64,000 nt of DNA from Vicinamibacterales bacterium (GCA_965246995.1 OZ252008.1:562323-626322); one strand, 5' to 3'. Shown: positions 36,172 to 48,106, counted from the first letter of the stretch. Notes: generated by a model from the letters alone, not told the origin. Made by a program: numbers and translations.

Positions 36172-36802
36172 CGACGCCGTTGTCGACGATGATGTGGAAC
36201 GGTGGGTTCGACATCGTCCCGAAACGCTGAAAGTGGACGTTGGCAAAGACCTGCCGGGCGATGGAGTAGCGCAGCCGGTCGTCTGACCGCGTGGCGGGGA
36301 GCACATCGAAGTTCACCTGCACGTCCTGCACGCCCCGAATCTTCGCGATCCGCTCGAACAACTCGCGCGCCTTGTCCCGCTCCGGGGTCACCTTGCCGAA
36401 CAGCGTGACGGCGCCCTCGTTGACGCGGCCATCGATCAGATCCCATATCTGGTAGTGGGGATATCGCTGCACCGCGCGGCCCACCTCCTCGGCCAGGCGC
36501 TCCTCGTCCTCTTCCGCCGGGACGATGATTTCGCTGGCGACAGTGCTGATGCCGTTGACGCCGAGCGCCCGCTGAATGGCCCGGTGCTTGTCCCAGAAGG
36601 TGTTGACGGGCCCGGAGAGCGTCGCTTCGTCGCCGGCCACGGTCACCTCGAGTCGCCGCATGGAGCGCTCATCGTGCAATTCCCTCTCGACACGCTGCTG
36701 AAGCTGATCGGGGGTCTGCGCCGCGGGAGCGGCCGTGGCCACTACGGCAACGGCGGTCACGGCGAGGAAGACACGAACAAGGCGGTGTGATATCGAAGAC
36801 AT
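36062..36802 (-). CDS. Secreted protein with three BON domains (OsmY-like)
   Basis: A signal peptide is followed by three repeats ending in ...V.V..G.VTL.G.V (VTVAGDEATLSGPV, GRVNEGAVTLFGKV, IVDNGVVTLVGYV). Confidence 0.75.
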   Translation of the reverse strand: MSSISHRLVRVFLAVTAVAVVATAAPAAQTPDQLQQRVERELHDERSMRRLEVTVAGDEATLSGPVNTFWDKHRAIQRALGVNGISTVASEIIVPAEEDEERLAEEVGRAVQRYPHYQIWDLIDGRVNEGAVTLFGKVTPERDKARELFERIAKIRGVQDVQVNFDVLPATRSDDRLRYSIARQVFANVHFQRFGTMSNPPFHIIVDNGVVTLVGYVQSQIEVIELQRIVGQTQGVMRVENQLQIP

Positions 36803-36929
36803 TGTTTTCTCCAGCGCTGGGCTCCCTTCCGTTGTATCACACCCACGGACCGCGCGCCCGCGGCAGCCGCCCGCCGGCAGTCTCCAGCCGGCCAGCGGGA
36901 GTGGTTCCGGGTGCTACAGTTGTCGCCCG

Positions 36930-38375
<1,446 letters not shown>

Positions 38376-39973
38376 GAGTTTGCGCCGCAGAAAAGGGATG
38401 CGACAATCGCAGACCATCCGACGACGAAAGGACCTGATGTCGACGACGTTCCGCCGCTACGCACCGGACCAGACCCTGTTGCTGCCAGCCGACATGCGGG
38501 AGTGGCTGCCGGAAGGCCACTTGGCGCATCACGTGAGCGACCTGGTGGACGGTTTGGATCTGACGGCGTTCTACGCGCCGTATGAGGGAGACGGACGGCG
38601 CAACGCGCCGTATGCGCCGCGGATGCTGGTGAAGGTGCTGATCTACGCGTATGCGACGGGGGTGTTTTCGTCGCGGGGGATCGCGAAGAAGCTGGAAGAG
38701 GACGTGGCGTTCCGGGTGCTGGCGGCGGGCAACTTTCCGCAACACCGGACGGTGTGCGAGTTCCGTCGGCGGCACCTTGGGGACTTCAAGAAACTGTTTG
38801 TGGAGGTGGTGCGTCTGGCGCAAGAGCTGGGGCTGGCGAGCTTCGGGAAGTTGTCGATAGACGGGACGAAGGTGCGGGCGAACGCGAGCAAGCGCAAGGC
38901 GATGAGCTACGGTCGGATGCAGGAGGAGGAGCGTCGCTTGGTCGGCGAGATTGACGCGCTGCTGGCGTCGGCGGACGACGCTGACGCGGCCGAGGATGCG
39001 CGGTTGGGGGCGGAGGTGCGCGGCGACGAGCTGCCGACGGAGTTGCGGCGGCGGGAGGATCGTCTGGCGGCGATCCGGGCGGCGAAGGCGCGTCTGGAGG
39101 CGGCGCAGCGGGCGGCGGACGACGCGCGCGGGCGGCAGCCGGGCGAGGGTCGGAACCCGCAGGGCGGTCGGCCGTACAAGCGGGGGTATGGCGAGCCGGA
39201 CGAGAAGGCGCAGAGCAACTTCACGGATCCGGACAGCGGGATCATGAAGACGAGCAACGAAGGGTTCCAGCAGTGCTACAACGCGCAGGTGGCGGTGGAT
39301 GGTGACCACCAGTTGGTGGTGGCGACCGACGTGACGGCGAACGCGAGTGACCAGGGCGGGTTGCCGGCGCTGCTCGACGCGGTGTCGGAGACGTTCGACG
39401 CGCAGCCGGAGACGGTGCTGGCCGACGCCGGGTATTGCAACGAGCGGGACTTGGTGGACCTGGAGACGCGGGGCGTCAACGGGTATGTGGCGCCGGGACG
39501 AGAGGGTAAGACGGCGGCGACCAGCGACCCCAAGAAGCATCCGGCGACGAGTCGCATGTCGGAGAAACTGGCGACGCGGGCGGGCCGGGCGGCGTATGCG
39601 GAACGCAAGTGGCTGTCGGAGGCCCCGCACGGCTGGATCAAGCACGTGCTGGGATTCCGGCGCTTCAGCCTGCGGGGACTCGCCACGGCGGGCGGCGAGT
39701 GGGACTTGGTGTGCCTGGCGTTGAACGTCAAACGCCTTCAGCCCCTGATGGGGATGTGAAACGCGAGGTATGAAGCCGGCAACGGCCGCGCAGCGGTGCG
39801 AATCGTGGCCGCTGGCGAGCCCCGGGGCGCGTCGGAGCCGATTTTGCCGACCGTTTCGCCGGCCGCCGAGAATCGACCTCGCCCGCTGACCGGCGAAGTC
39901 GCCCCGACGCGGTGCGTCAGGTTGTGGGCCGACGGCCAACTATCGTCCGGCGAATCTCCTGCGGCGCAGACTC
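38376..39973 (+). mobile_element. IS1182-family insertion sequence, copy 1 (1598 bp)
   Basis: The inverted termini are GAGTTTGCGCCGCAG and CTGCGGCGCAGACTC. It is flanked by CTAG (38372-38375) and CTAG (39974-39977) and contains a single transposase ORF. Confidence 0.85.
38437..39759 (+). CDS. IS1182-family DDE transposase
   Basis: MSTTFRRYAPDQTLLLPADMREWLPEGHLAHHV...RNAPYAPRMLVKVLIYAYATGVFSSRGIAKKLEEDVAFRVLAAGNFPQHRTVCEFRRRH...LSIDGTKVRANAS is the typical IS1182 N-terminal region and DDE region. Confidence 0.88.
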   Translation: MSTTFRRYAPDQTLLLPADMREWLPEGHLAHHVSDLVDGLDLTAFYAPYEGDGRRNAPYAPRMLVKVLIYAYATGVFSSRGIAKKLEEDVAFRVLAAGNFPQHRTVCEFRRRHLGDFKKLFVEVVRLAQELGLASFGKLSIDGTKVRANASKRKAMSYGRMQEEERRLVGEIDALLASADDADAAEDARLGAEVRGDELPTELRRREDRLAAIRAAKARLEAAQRAADDARGRQPGEGRNPQGGRPYKRGYGEPDEKAQSNFTDPDSGIMKTSNEGFQQCYNAQVAVDGDHQLVVATDVTANASDQGGLPALLDAVSETFDAQPETVLADAGYCNERDLVDLETRGVNGYVAPGREGKTAATSDPKKHPATSRMSEKLATRAGRAAYAERKWLSEAPHGWIKHVLGFRRFSLRGLATAGGEWDLVCLALNVKRLQPLMGM

Positions 39974-39977
39974 CTAG

Positions 39978-41681
39978 CCCGGATAATTCAGGAAGGGTCC
40001 GATTACGGTAGAAAAACAAGAGCCTCCGCGTGGTATAAATGGCTTATTCACAGACATTTACCCACCACGGAGGCCCTTGCGTGACGATCAATACGATACC
40101 ACAGACTGTCCTCTTTCCGGATCTCTTCGACAAGCCCCTCGTCGCGACGTTCGACCGCCGGCACGCGAGTTCCGATGGCGGCGCCGTCCTGCTCAAGGCG
40201 GCGGAGCGCGTGTATGGGTTGGTGGCGGGTTTCGCCCGGTGTCTGGTGGACCGGCGGGAGCCCGGGAAGATCCGGCACACGCTGGCGGAGTTGCTCGGCC
40301 AGCGGATCTTCGGCATTGCCTGCGGCCATCCCGATGGCAACGACGCCGACCACCTCGCCGACGACCCGATCCACAAGCTGTTGCTCGGGCGGGACCCGGT
40401 GGCGGGGGAGGCGTTGGCCTCGCAGCCGACGATCTCGCGGTTCGAGAACGGCGTTGGCCGGTCCGCCCTCTACGAGCTGGCGCGCGAGCTGGCGATGCGG
40501 GTCATCGAGCGGCATCAGCGCCGGCTGGACGGGCGGGCGCGGCGCATCACGATCGACCTGGATCCGACCGACGACGCGACGCACGGCGCCCAGCAGCTCA
40601 CCTTCTTCAACGGGCACTACGATCGCTGGTGCTACCTGCCGTTGCTGGCGTTTCTGACCTTCGACAAGGAACGCGAACAGTATCTGTGCGCGGCGGTGCT
40701 GCGGCCCGGCAATGTGCCGGCCCCCCGCGGGACCGTGGGCGTGTTGTGCCGGCTGCTGCCCCTGCTGCGGCAGGCCTTTCCCCAGGCGCGGTTTCTCGTC
40801 CGGCTCGACGGGGGCTTTGCGACACCGGAGATCTTCGACTTCCTGGATGCCGAGCCGCGGCTCGACTACGTGGTGGCCATGGCCAAGAACGCCGTGTTGC
40901 AGCGCCACGCCGAGCCCGCCCTGCTCGTGGCGCAGGCCCAGAGCGCGGCCAGCGGCCAGACCGCGCAGGTCTACGCCGACACCCGCTATCGGGCCCGCAC
41001 GTGGGACCGCGACCGCCGCGTCGTGATCAAGGCCGAGGTCGTCCGGCTCGGCGACCGCGCCCCGCGCGACAACCCGCGCTTCGTCGTGACCAATCTGCGC
41101 CAGACGCCGCGCTTCCTCTATGAACGGATCTACTGCGCCCGCGGCGACATCGAGAACCGCATCAAGGAACTGCTCGATGGCCTGCAGATCGACCGCACGA
41201 GCTGCTGTCGCTTCTGGGCCAATCAACTGCGCGTGCTGCTCACCGCCGCCGCCTACGTGCTGATGCAAGAACTCCGGCTGCGCGCGGCGCGCACCGCCTG
41301 TGCCCGCGCCCAGGTGACGTGGCTGCGCGACCGGCTCCTCAAATTGGGGGCGCACGTCGTCGGCTCGGTCCGCCGCGTGGTCCTGCACCTGCCGACCGCC
41401 ACGCCGGACCTCCACGCCTGGCGGCACATCGCGCTGGCACTCGGCGCCCGCCCCGGATAGACCCCAGACAGCGCCCGTCAGCCGCGCATACACGCATCCC
41501 AACGGCGAACCGAGCCCGCCCATGGCGAAGCCGTCCCTGGACGGCCCCATACCCAGGCCTTCCGCACCGGCAATCAGTGTCTATCCCGCCGGCGCTCGAC
41601 GAAAACGACGCCCGGCGGGCCGTGTGCGCGACGATCACACCGTCCGAGGGGCCATCTTGGAGCCTTCAGGAATAGTCCGGG
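39978..41681 (+). mobile_element. IS1380-family insertion sequence, copy 1 (1704 bp)
   Basis: The termini are imperfectly inverted (CCCGGATAATTCAGGAAGG and CCTTCAGGAATAGTCCGGG). It is flanked by CTAG (39974-39977) and CTAG (41682-41685). Confidence 0.8.
40039..41460 (+). CDS. IS1380-family DDE transposase
   Basis: ATFDRRHASSDGGAVLLKAAERVYGLVAGFARCL...IFGIACGHPDGNDADHLADDP...LASQPTISRFENGV...ITIDLDPTDD is the IS1380 pattern. Confidence 0.88.
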   Translation: MAYSQTFTHHGGPCVTINTIPQTVLFPDLFDKPLVATFDRRHASSDGGAVLLKAAERVYGLVAGFARCLVDRREPGKIRHTLAELLGQRIFGIACGHPDGNDADHLADDPIHKLLLGRDPVAGEALASQPTISRFENGVGRSALYELARELAMRVIERHQRRLDGRARRITIDLDPTDDATHGAQQLTFFNGHYDRWCYLPLLAFLTFDKEREQYLCAAVLRPGNVPAPRGTVGVLCRLLPLLRQAFPQARFLVRLDGGFATPEIFDFLDAEPRLDYVVAMAKNAVLQRHAEPALLVAQAQSAASGQTAQVYADTRYRARTWDRDRRVVIKAEVVRLGDRAPRDNPRFVVTNLRQTPRFLYERIYCARGDIENRIKELLDGLQIDRTSCCRFWANQLRVLLTAAAYVLMQELRLRAARTACARAQVTWLRDRLLKLGAHVVGSVRRVVLHLPTATPDLHAWRHIALALGARPG

Positions 41682-41685
41682 CTAG

Positions 41686-41861
41686 GAGTCCGTGGTGAAA
41701 CCCCGCGTAGCACCGAGAGCGGCGAGGCGCTCGCCTGACAAGGCGCGACGAGGGAGCATATTGGCCATATGACGACCGCGGACTGCCACAGTCCGAGGAG
41801 CAACGCCGTTCAGGCGGGATGCATCGCCGCTCGAATGTAGCAGGGGCTTCGCCACGGGCTC
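41686..41861 (-). mobile_element. MITE-like palindromic element, copy E (medium form, 176 bp, inverted orientation)
   Basis: It belongs to the same family, with a central GGACTGCCACAGTCC. Flanks are CTAG (41682-41685) and CTAA (41862-41865). Confidence 0.85.
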
Positions 41862-41887
41862 CTAAGCCGCTGGCCGCGCGAGGCCGG

Positions 41888-42892
41888 TCACGCGCCTGGG
41901 GGGGCGATCGCTTCTGCGGCCGGGGAATCGGGCCAGCGCGGCTCCGGTTTGGCCACGTAGGTGGCGTGGGCGAGCTGGGACTGGAAGTAGGAGATCTGCG
42001 CCGCGTAGGCGGCCAGCCTGGCGAAGACGCGCGCGACGATATAGAGCTGGCCGATGACGAAAGCTCCCCAGACGGCATTGCCGCTCGCGCCGGCGCCCGG
42101 GGCCACGACCGCGTAGGCGGTGAAGATCAGCCCGAGGAGCGCGCCGTTCAATAGCCACAATCCCGCCACACCGACGACATGGCGTCGCATGAACCGCAGT
42201 GTAGCGAGGAGCGCACCGATCATGCTGTGGCGATCTTCCACGACGGCGCGGACGCGCGTGTAGTCGAATACCAGGTCGACGGCGGCGAGCAGCTCGGCGA
42301 AGATCAGGTAGAACGCAAACAGAGTCCATGCCGACGTGCGCTCCACCGTCACGTCGCGGACAAGCGTTTCGTAGACGTCTCCGAACAACCAGGGGTGCAG
42401 CCAGAGGAAGAGCGCCCCGTACACGGCCGCAGCGATGATGCCGAGTCGCGCGAAACGCCCGGCAAACCCGCCGCACGCCGAGAAGAACGCGGCGCTCCGG
42501 ATCGGCCGCTGCCGCGCCAGGCGATCGATCACGCCGCCGGCGAGAAAGATCCAGGCGAGGAACCAGACGATAGCGGGCAGCGTCGCCGGCCCTGGCGCGC
42601 TGCCGTTGAGCAGCCCGGAGAGGTTGAAGAGGACTCCCGCAAAGCCGATCACCCAGGGGCCGAACAAACCCTCGATGGCGTTCGCGTCGGCGCGGAACTC
42701 GATCCACCACATCTCGTCCCATCCCTCCGCCACGGCAGCGGCGGTGGTGCTCGGTCCGAGATCGGAGGCAATGCCGAGGAACAGCAGCAGCGCCAACGGC
42801 AGCACCGTGACGAGCGTCAGCGCCCACACCCCCAGCACCAGCGTCGGCGCCGCGGCGGTCCGGCGGAGCCCGTCGAGGAAGGCGGCGATCAT
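41888..42892 (-). CDS. Polytopic membrane protein of unknown function, translationally coupled to the M1 peptidase
   Basis: From the ATG at 42892 it reads MIAAFLDGLRR..., with about 8 hydrophobic segments. The ATGA overlaps the stop of the upstream peptidase gene. The track ORF start at 43108 is too long. Confidence 0.55.
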   Translation of the reverse strand: MIAAFLDGLRRTAAAPTLVLGVWALTLVTVLPLALLLFLGIASDLGPSTTAAAVAEGWDEMWWIEFRADANAIEGLFGPWVIGFAGVLFNLSGLLNGSAPGPATLPAIVWFLAWIFLAGGVIDRLARQRPIRSAAFFSACGGFAGRFARLGIIAAAVYGALFLWLHPWLFGDVYETLVRDVTVERTSAWTLFAFYLIFAELLAAVDLVFDYTRVRAVVEDRHSMIGALLATLRFMRRHVVGVAGLWLLNGALLGLIFTAYAVVAPGAGASGNAVWGAFVIGQLYIVARVFARLAAYAAQISYFQSQLAHATYVAKPEPRWPDSPAAEAIAPPGA

Positions 42893-44913
42893 GCGAGGAA
42901 ACCAACCGTCAGGAGGAGGTCCTGCAGCCAGATGATCGAGGCGAGCGTCCACTTGGTCGCCGCTTCGGCGGCGCGGGACCGCGTGGTCCGGCTGTTGTTC
43001 GTGAAGTCGGTGTCCAGCAACAGGACACGCTCCGGATCGACGGTTGCGGTCACCGCGCGCGACGGGCCGACGAAGCGGTAGTACGTCCACTGCGCGCGGC
43101 CGTCCCACCGCCGGCGTTCGGTCGTCCCGTCCGCGAACTCGACGAGGACGTCGACGGGGAAGATCCCGTCACCGTAGCGGCGGACCGCGACGAGCGATTC
43201 GAACCGGTTCGAGGTTCCTCCGGCGGCGGGGGAAACGCCGTCCGCCGCGCTGCCCGCTTCGTCCCGGTACTGGCCATCGTCGAACCATCCGCGTCCCGAT
43301 GCGTTGCGGCTGCCGAGTTGTGCGATGCCGTAGTCGAAGACGGCGGAGCTGCCGTGCACCTGATCGAAGAACCAGCCCAGGTCTTCGCCGGCCGCCGTGT
43401 TCATCGCGGTGAAGAAGTCGTCCGGCTTGGGATGACCGAACTTCCACTGCCGATAGAACGCCGACATGCCGCGCTGCATCACGTCCCAGCCGAGATGCCG
43501 TTCGAGCGTGTGAAGGTAGAGGGATGACTTGTTGTAGGTAATCGCGCCGCCCGAGCCCGGCCAGTAGCGGTAGGTCGGCGTGGCCTGCACGTCCGAGCGC
43601 GCGACCGCCCGGTACCCCGCGATCCGATCGCCATGAATGACGCGATCCCACGGAATGTCCGGTTGCGGCCACGGCACGAAGCCACCGAAGAAGCGGAGCT
43701 CGCGGACGAAGGGGAACGCCTCTTCCATCGCCCGCGCGGTGGCGTAGGTATTCAGCCCCTCGTCGAGCCACGAGTGCTCCATCTCGTTGTTGCCGACGCC
43801 GCTCTGGAAGAACATGTGTCCCGCTTCGTGGACCGTCACCTCCTCCGGGCCGTCGGTCGAGGCGGGGGACAGCCAGCGCGTGCCGGCGGTGATGAACATC
43901 GGGTATTCCATCCCGCCCGAGCGGCTCTGCCACGCCGGGTCCACGATGGTGATGTGGTCCCATGGGTACGCGCCGAACCACTCGCCGTAGAGGCGGAGCG
44001 TCTCGCGCGTCGCGCGGAGGTGCCGCTCTTCCTGGCCGGCATGCTCCGGCTGCAGCAACAGGCGCATGTCGACCGGCGGCAATGACGGGTGCTCGAACCG
44101 GTCTTCCACGACCAGGAAGTCCGGGCTCGTGGTCCAGGCGAACTCGTGAACATCCTCGGCGTGGAAGTGCCGTGTGGCGGTCCCGTCGCCGTTGTCGGTC
44201 ACTTCCTGCTCGCGTCCGGTGGCGCCCACGACCCAGTCGGCGGGCGCCGTGATCCGGACGTCATAGACGCCGTAGTCGGAAAAGAACTCGGTCCCGGTGT
44301 GGAACTGGTGGCAGTTCCAGCCCGCCGCCTCGAGGACACCGATCTTCGGGAACCAGTGGGAGAGGAAGAAGTAGTCGCCGATTGTCCCGGTCCGCGCGAA
44401 GGGGCGCGGGATGCGGCTGATCCACTCGATCTCGACCTCGATCGTCTCCCCGGGCGCGACCGGTCTCGGGAGCGGCACGCGCAGGACGGTCCGGTCGTCG
44501 GGGTTGCCGTCGTCAGGCGCGATGAACGCGGCGTCGCGGGTCAGGTCAACGGCGGCGCTGCCGCTGGCGCCATCCCCCGGCAGGCGAATGCTGCTGACAT
44601 CGATCCGGCCCCAGTCCTCCTCCGGGCGGCCGTGCAGCGCCGCACCCCGGCCGAGGAGGCGCTCGCGCATCCAGGTGGAGCGGGTGTTGCGCCAGGCGTT
44701 GTAGTAGAGATGGAACTGGAGTTCCGACGTCGGGTTCGGCGAGATATTCCGCCAGGTCAGCGTCTCGCGTCCGGTCAGCGTCCGCGCCGACGGGTCAAGC
44801 GTGACGTCGATGTCGTAGTTGGCGTTTCGCGGGGACGTCGGCGCCTGCGCCCCGCCCGGCGCGATGGCCAGGCCCAGGAGGAGGGCGATGGCCACGGCAT
44901 GTTTCGTACGCAT
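42889..44913 (-). CDS. Secreted M1-family (gluzincin) metallopeptidase
   Basis: From the ATG at 44913 it reads MRTKHAVAIALLLGLAIAPGGAQA (signal). HEAGHMFFQSGVGNNEMEHSWLDEGLNTY carries the HExxH-(18)-E motif. Confidence 0.8.
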   Translation of the reverse strand: MRTKHAVAIALLLGLAIAPGGAQAPTSPRNANYDIDVTLDPSARTLTGRETLTWRNISPNPTSELQFHLYYNAWRNTRSTWMRERLLGRGAALHGRPEEDWGRIDVSSIRLPGDGASGSAAVDLTRDAAFIAPDDGNPDDRTVLRVPLPRPVAPGETIEVEIEWISRIPRPFARTGTIGDYFFLSHWFPKIGVLEAAGWNCHQFHTGTEFFSDYGVYDVRITAPADWVVGATGREQEVTDNGDGTATRHFHAEDVHEFAWTTSPDFLVVEDRFEHPSLPPVDMRLLLQPEHAGQEERHLRATRETLRLYGEWFGAYPWDHITIVDPAWQSRSGGMEYPMFITAGTRWLSPASTDGPEEVTVHEAGHMFFQSGVGNNEMEHSWLDEGLNTYATARAMEEAFPFVRELRFFGGFVPWPQPDIPWDRVIHGDRIAGYRAVARSDVQATPTYRYWPGSGGAITYNKSSLYLHTLERHLGWDVMQRGMSAFYRQWKFGHPKPDDFFTAMNTAAGEDLGWFFDQVHGSSAVFDYGIAQLGSRNASGRGWFDDGQYRDEAGSAADGVSPAAGGTSNRFESLVAVRRYGDGIFPVDVLVEFADGTTERRRWDGRAQWTYYRFVGPSRAVTATVDPERVLLLDTDFTNNSRTTRSRAAEAATKWTLASIIWLQDLLLTVGFLA

Positions 44914-45020
44914 GCGGGGGATAGTAATGGCAGGTCGGGGTGAGCGTCGACGTCGTGCAATGCCGGCGTGGACGCCGGCGCACCATGGAGATCCCCGCCC
45001 CCATGGGCGCCGGCCCACCG

Positions 45021-46676
45021 CTAATCGCTCAGGCCGAAGGTGAAGACGACGTTGCCCGCGGCGATGCTGACGTACTGCTCGCCGTCCACGGAGTAGGTGA
45101 TCGGCGCGGCGTGCACCCTCGAGCCGACCGCCATGTGCCACAGCTCCTCGCCGCTCACCGCGTCGACGGCGAAGACGTAGCCGTCGACGGTCCCGCCGAA
45201 GACCAGATCGCCAGCCGTCGTCATCAGGCCCGAAGTCGAACGGGGCTGAATCGGATACTCCCACCGCACGTCGCCCGTCGCGGGGTCAATGGCGCGCACT
45301 GCGCTGTGGTAGGTGTCGGTCGGGGCCGCGTTCTCGCCGCCGCCTCCGGTGAACTGTTCGCCCTCGACGTAATCCTCGTCGCGGATGAAGTAGATCTGTT
45401 CTCCGTCGTACGCGTTGACGTAGAACAGCCCGGTGCGCGGGCTGAACGCCGGCGACCACCAGTTCGTGCCCCCGCCAATCGACGGCGCGACGAGTGTGCC
45501 TTCCAGCGACGGCTCCATGTTCGGCACGCGGATCGGCCGCCCGTTCTCGTCGAGCCCCTCGGCCCAGGTCTGCTTGGCGTACGGCTTGCCGACCAGGAAC
45601 TCGCCGGTCTCGCGGTCGAGTGTGTAGTAGAAGGCGTTGCGGTTGGCCCACATCATCACCTTCCGCATCTCACCCTCGTACATGATGTCGCCGAGGATCG
45701 GCACCTGGATGGCGTCCCAGTCGTGGATGTCGTGCGGCGTGAACTGGAAGTACCAGTCCATCTCGCCCGTCTCGCCGCTCAGCGCGAGCGCGGAGTCGCT
45801 GTACAGGTTGTCGCCCATGCGGACGTCGCCGTTCCAGTCGGGCCCGGGGTTGCCGGTACCCCAGTAGACGAGATCGAGGTCCGGGTCGTACGAGCCGGTG
45901 ATCCAGGTGGGTGATCCACCCGTCCGCCACGATTCGCCCGCCCAACTGTCGTTCCCCGGATCGTCCGGCCCCGGGATCGTGTGGGTGCGCCAGTTGCGCG
46001 TGCCGCTCTGCGCGTCATACGAATCGAGGAAGCCGCGGATGCCGAACTCGCCGCCGGCGATCCCGGTCACGACTTGATCCTTCACGATGAGCGGTGCGGC
46101 GGTCTTGGAGTAGCCCGCGCGATAGTCGGCTGCCGCGGTGCTCCAGAGCAGGTTGCCGCTGCGCGCGTCGATCGCCACCAGGCGCGCATCGAGCGTGCTC
46201 ATGTAGAGGGTCTCATCGAGGATGGCGACGCCCCGGTTGTTCCGGCCGCAGCAGATCCGCAGGTCGTCCGGCAGTTCGTGGTCGTAGCGCCAGTACTGCC
46301 GTCCCGTCGCGGCGTCGAGCGCGACGACGTTGCTCGGCGCCTCGGTGACGAACATGATGCCGTCGACGACCAGCGGCGTAGTTTCGGCGCGGTCGATCTC
46401 CGGTATCTGGTAGGCCCACTTCAGTTCGAGGTTCTGCACGTTGCGGCTGTGGATCTGCTCCAGCCCGCTGTAGCGCTGGCTGTCGAGGGTGCCGTTGTAC
46501 ATCAGCCAGTTCTCCGGCTCGTCGGCAGCGTTCAACAACCTTTCCCAAGTGACCGGCCGGAATGTCGACGCCCCGTCCGACTGGGCATTGAGGCCCACGA
46601 CCGCGACGCGATCCGCAACGGCGAACGCGACGGCCGCGACGGCGAGGCAGGCGATAAGCAGGGTAGTCCGCTTCAT
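45021..46676 (-). CDS. PQQ-dependent dehydrogenase (methanol/ethanol family quinoprotein)
   Basis: It has a signal peptide, NWLMYNGTLDSQRYSGL, the vicinal Cys pair in DDLRICCGRNNRGVA, and W-rich propeller repeats. 551 aa. Confidence 0.85.
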   Translation of the reverse strand: MKRTTLLIACLAVAAVAFAVADRVAVVGLNAQSDGASTFRPVTWERLLNAADEPENWLMYNGTLDSQRYSGLEQIHSRNVQNLELKWAYQIPEIDRAETTPLVVDGIMFVTEAPSNVVALDAATGRQYWRYDHELPDDLRICCGRNNRGVAILDETLYMSTLDARLVAIDARSGNLLWSTAAADYRAGYSKTAAPLIVKDQVVTGIAGGEFGIRGFLDSYDAQSGTRNWRTHTIPGPDDPGNDSWAGESWRTGGSPTWITGSYDPDLDLVYWGTGNPGPDWNGDVRMGDNLYSDSALALSGETGEMDWYFQFTPHDIHDWDAIQVPILGDIMYEGEMRKVMMWANRNAFYYTLDRETGEFLVGKPYAKQTWAEGLDENGRPIRVPNMEPSLEGTLVAPSIGGGTNWWSPAFSPRTGLFYVNAYDGEQIYFIRDEDYVEGEQFTGGGGENAAPTDTYHSAVRAIDPATGDVRWEYPIQPRSTSGLMTTAGDLVFGGTVDGYVFAVDAVSGEELWHMAVGSRVHAAPITYSVDGEQYVSIAAGNVVFTFGLSD

Positions 46677-46678
46677 GA

Positions 46679-47482
46679 CTAGTTATCCTCCTTGCGCAGC
46701 GAGAAGACGTAGGCGACCAGGTCATCCAGTTCCGCACCCGACCCCGAAACGGCGGGCATTGTCGAGTCGGTCACCCGCTCGACGGAGCGAACCTGGCTCT
46801 TGAGGAAATGCCACAGCCGCTCGTCCTCATCCATGATCCGGACCGAGAACGTGTCCTCGTTCATGCGGAGTCCCTCGACGCGTGAGCCATCCTCGCGAAC
46901 GATCCGCATCGTCCACCAGCGCGGGGTGACGTCGGCGTTCGGGTCGGTCAGCGCAGTCCGGATCTCGTCCGGTGTCAATCGTCCGCCGACATCCGACAGG
47001 TCCGGGCCGAGGCGGCCCCCGTCGCCGTTGACCATGTGGCATTGGCTGCAGTTCTGAGCCTCGTACGCCTGCGCTCCGCCGGACGCGTCGCCCGGCAGGT
47101 TGTAGTCGCTCGGGTCGAAGTTGAGCGAGTTGATGTAGGAGACGATCTGCCAGACGGCCTGATCCGACGCGCGGCTGCTAATGCCGATCATCGCGGTGTT
47201 GTCGATGCCGTCCTGGATCACCTCGAACATGCCCTGATCGGTGCTCGCATAGGTGAATTGCCCAATCGTCAGGTCGGGCGCGCCGGTCTCGTCGTTCCCC
47301 TTGGCGTCACGGCCATGACAGCGGCCGCACTGCGCACGGAAGAGCCGCTGACCTATTCGGGCGTCGACCGTGGTGTCATAGGGGTTTTCCTGCGCGGCGG
47401 CGGGAGTCGCGGCGATGCCGCTACCGCCGAAGGCAATCAGCCCGGCCGCGAGGATGTTGAAAGCCGTCAAGGGAGTCCGCAT
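46679..47482 (-). CDS. Dihaem c-type cytochrome, probable electron acceptor of the PQQ dehydrogenase
   Basis: Two CxxCH sites are present (CGRCH, CSQCH), with a signal peptide. Its stop lies 2 nt upstream of the dehydrogenase start. Confidence 0.8.
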   Translation of the reverse strand: MRTPLTAFNILAAGLIAFGGSGIAATPAAAQENPYDTTVDARIGQRLFRAQCGRCHGRDAKGNDETGAPDLTIGQFTYASTDQGMFEVIQDGIDNTAMIGISSRASDQAVWQIVSYINSLNFDPSDYNLPGDASGGAQAYEAQNCSQCHMVNGDGGRLGPDLSDVGGRLTPDEIRTALTDPNADVTPRWWTMRIVREDGSRVEGLRMNEDTFSVRIMDEDERLWHFLKSQVRSVERVTDSTMPAVSGSGAELDDLVAYVFSLRKEDN

Positions 47483-47602
47483 GGTGCCACCTCTCTACGG
47501 ATAGTCGTGTGGGCCGCATCATACCACCCACGCTGCCGTCCTTGAGCCGGTCCGGGGCGCGGGGATGCCGGTTCACCCGGTTATGATGGGAGCGGCAGCG
47601 CC

Positions 47603-48106
47603 ATGAAGACCCTCCTGATTCTGCGGCACGCCAAGTCCAGGTGGAAGGATCGGGAGCAATCGGACCACGACCGCTCTCTCAACAAGCGGGGCAAGCGCGA
47701 TGCTCCCCGAATGGGACGCCTCGCGGCGGAGCACGGTCTCCGCCCGGACCTGGTCCTCAGTTCTACCGCCAAACGGGCCCGGGTCACGGCCGAGGCGGTG
47801 GCGAGTGAGGCTGCCTACCCCGGCACGGTCCAACTGGAACGGCGGCTCTACCTCGCCAACCCGTCCGAGATCATCGAGGTCATCCGCGAATCGGCCGGCG
47901 ATGCGGCCACCGTCATGGTGGTGGGCCACAATCCCGGTCTCGAGGAGTTGGTCGCCCGCTTCGGCGGCGCCGGCGAGCCGTTGCCCACCGCGGCACTCGC
48001 CGAGATCCATCTGGAGATCCCCGCCTGGTCCAGGCTGACGCTCCAGAGCCCGGCGACGCTCGCGAATCTCTGGCGCCCGAGAGACCTGGCCCCCGACGAA
48101 GACTGA
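47603..48106 (+). CDS. Histidine phosphatase superfamily protein (SixA-like)
   Basis: LLILRHAKS carries the catalytic RHA motif, and it continues ...LSSTAKRARVTAE...VVGHNPGLEELV. 167 aa. Confidence 0.8.
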   Translation: MKTLLILRHAKSRWKDREQSDHDRSLNKRGKRDAPRMGRLAAEHGLRPDLVLSSTAKRARVTAEAVASEAAYPGTVQLERRLYLANPSEIIEVIRESAGDAATVMVVGHNPGLEELVARFGGAGEPLPTAALAEIHLEIPAWSRLTLQSPATLANLWRPRDLAPDED

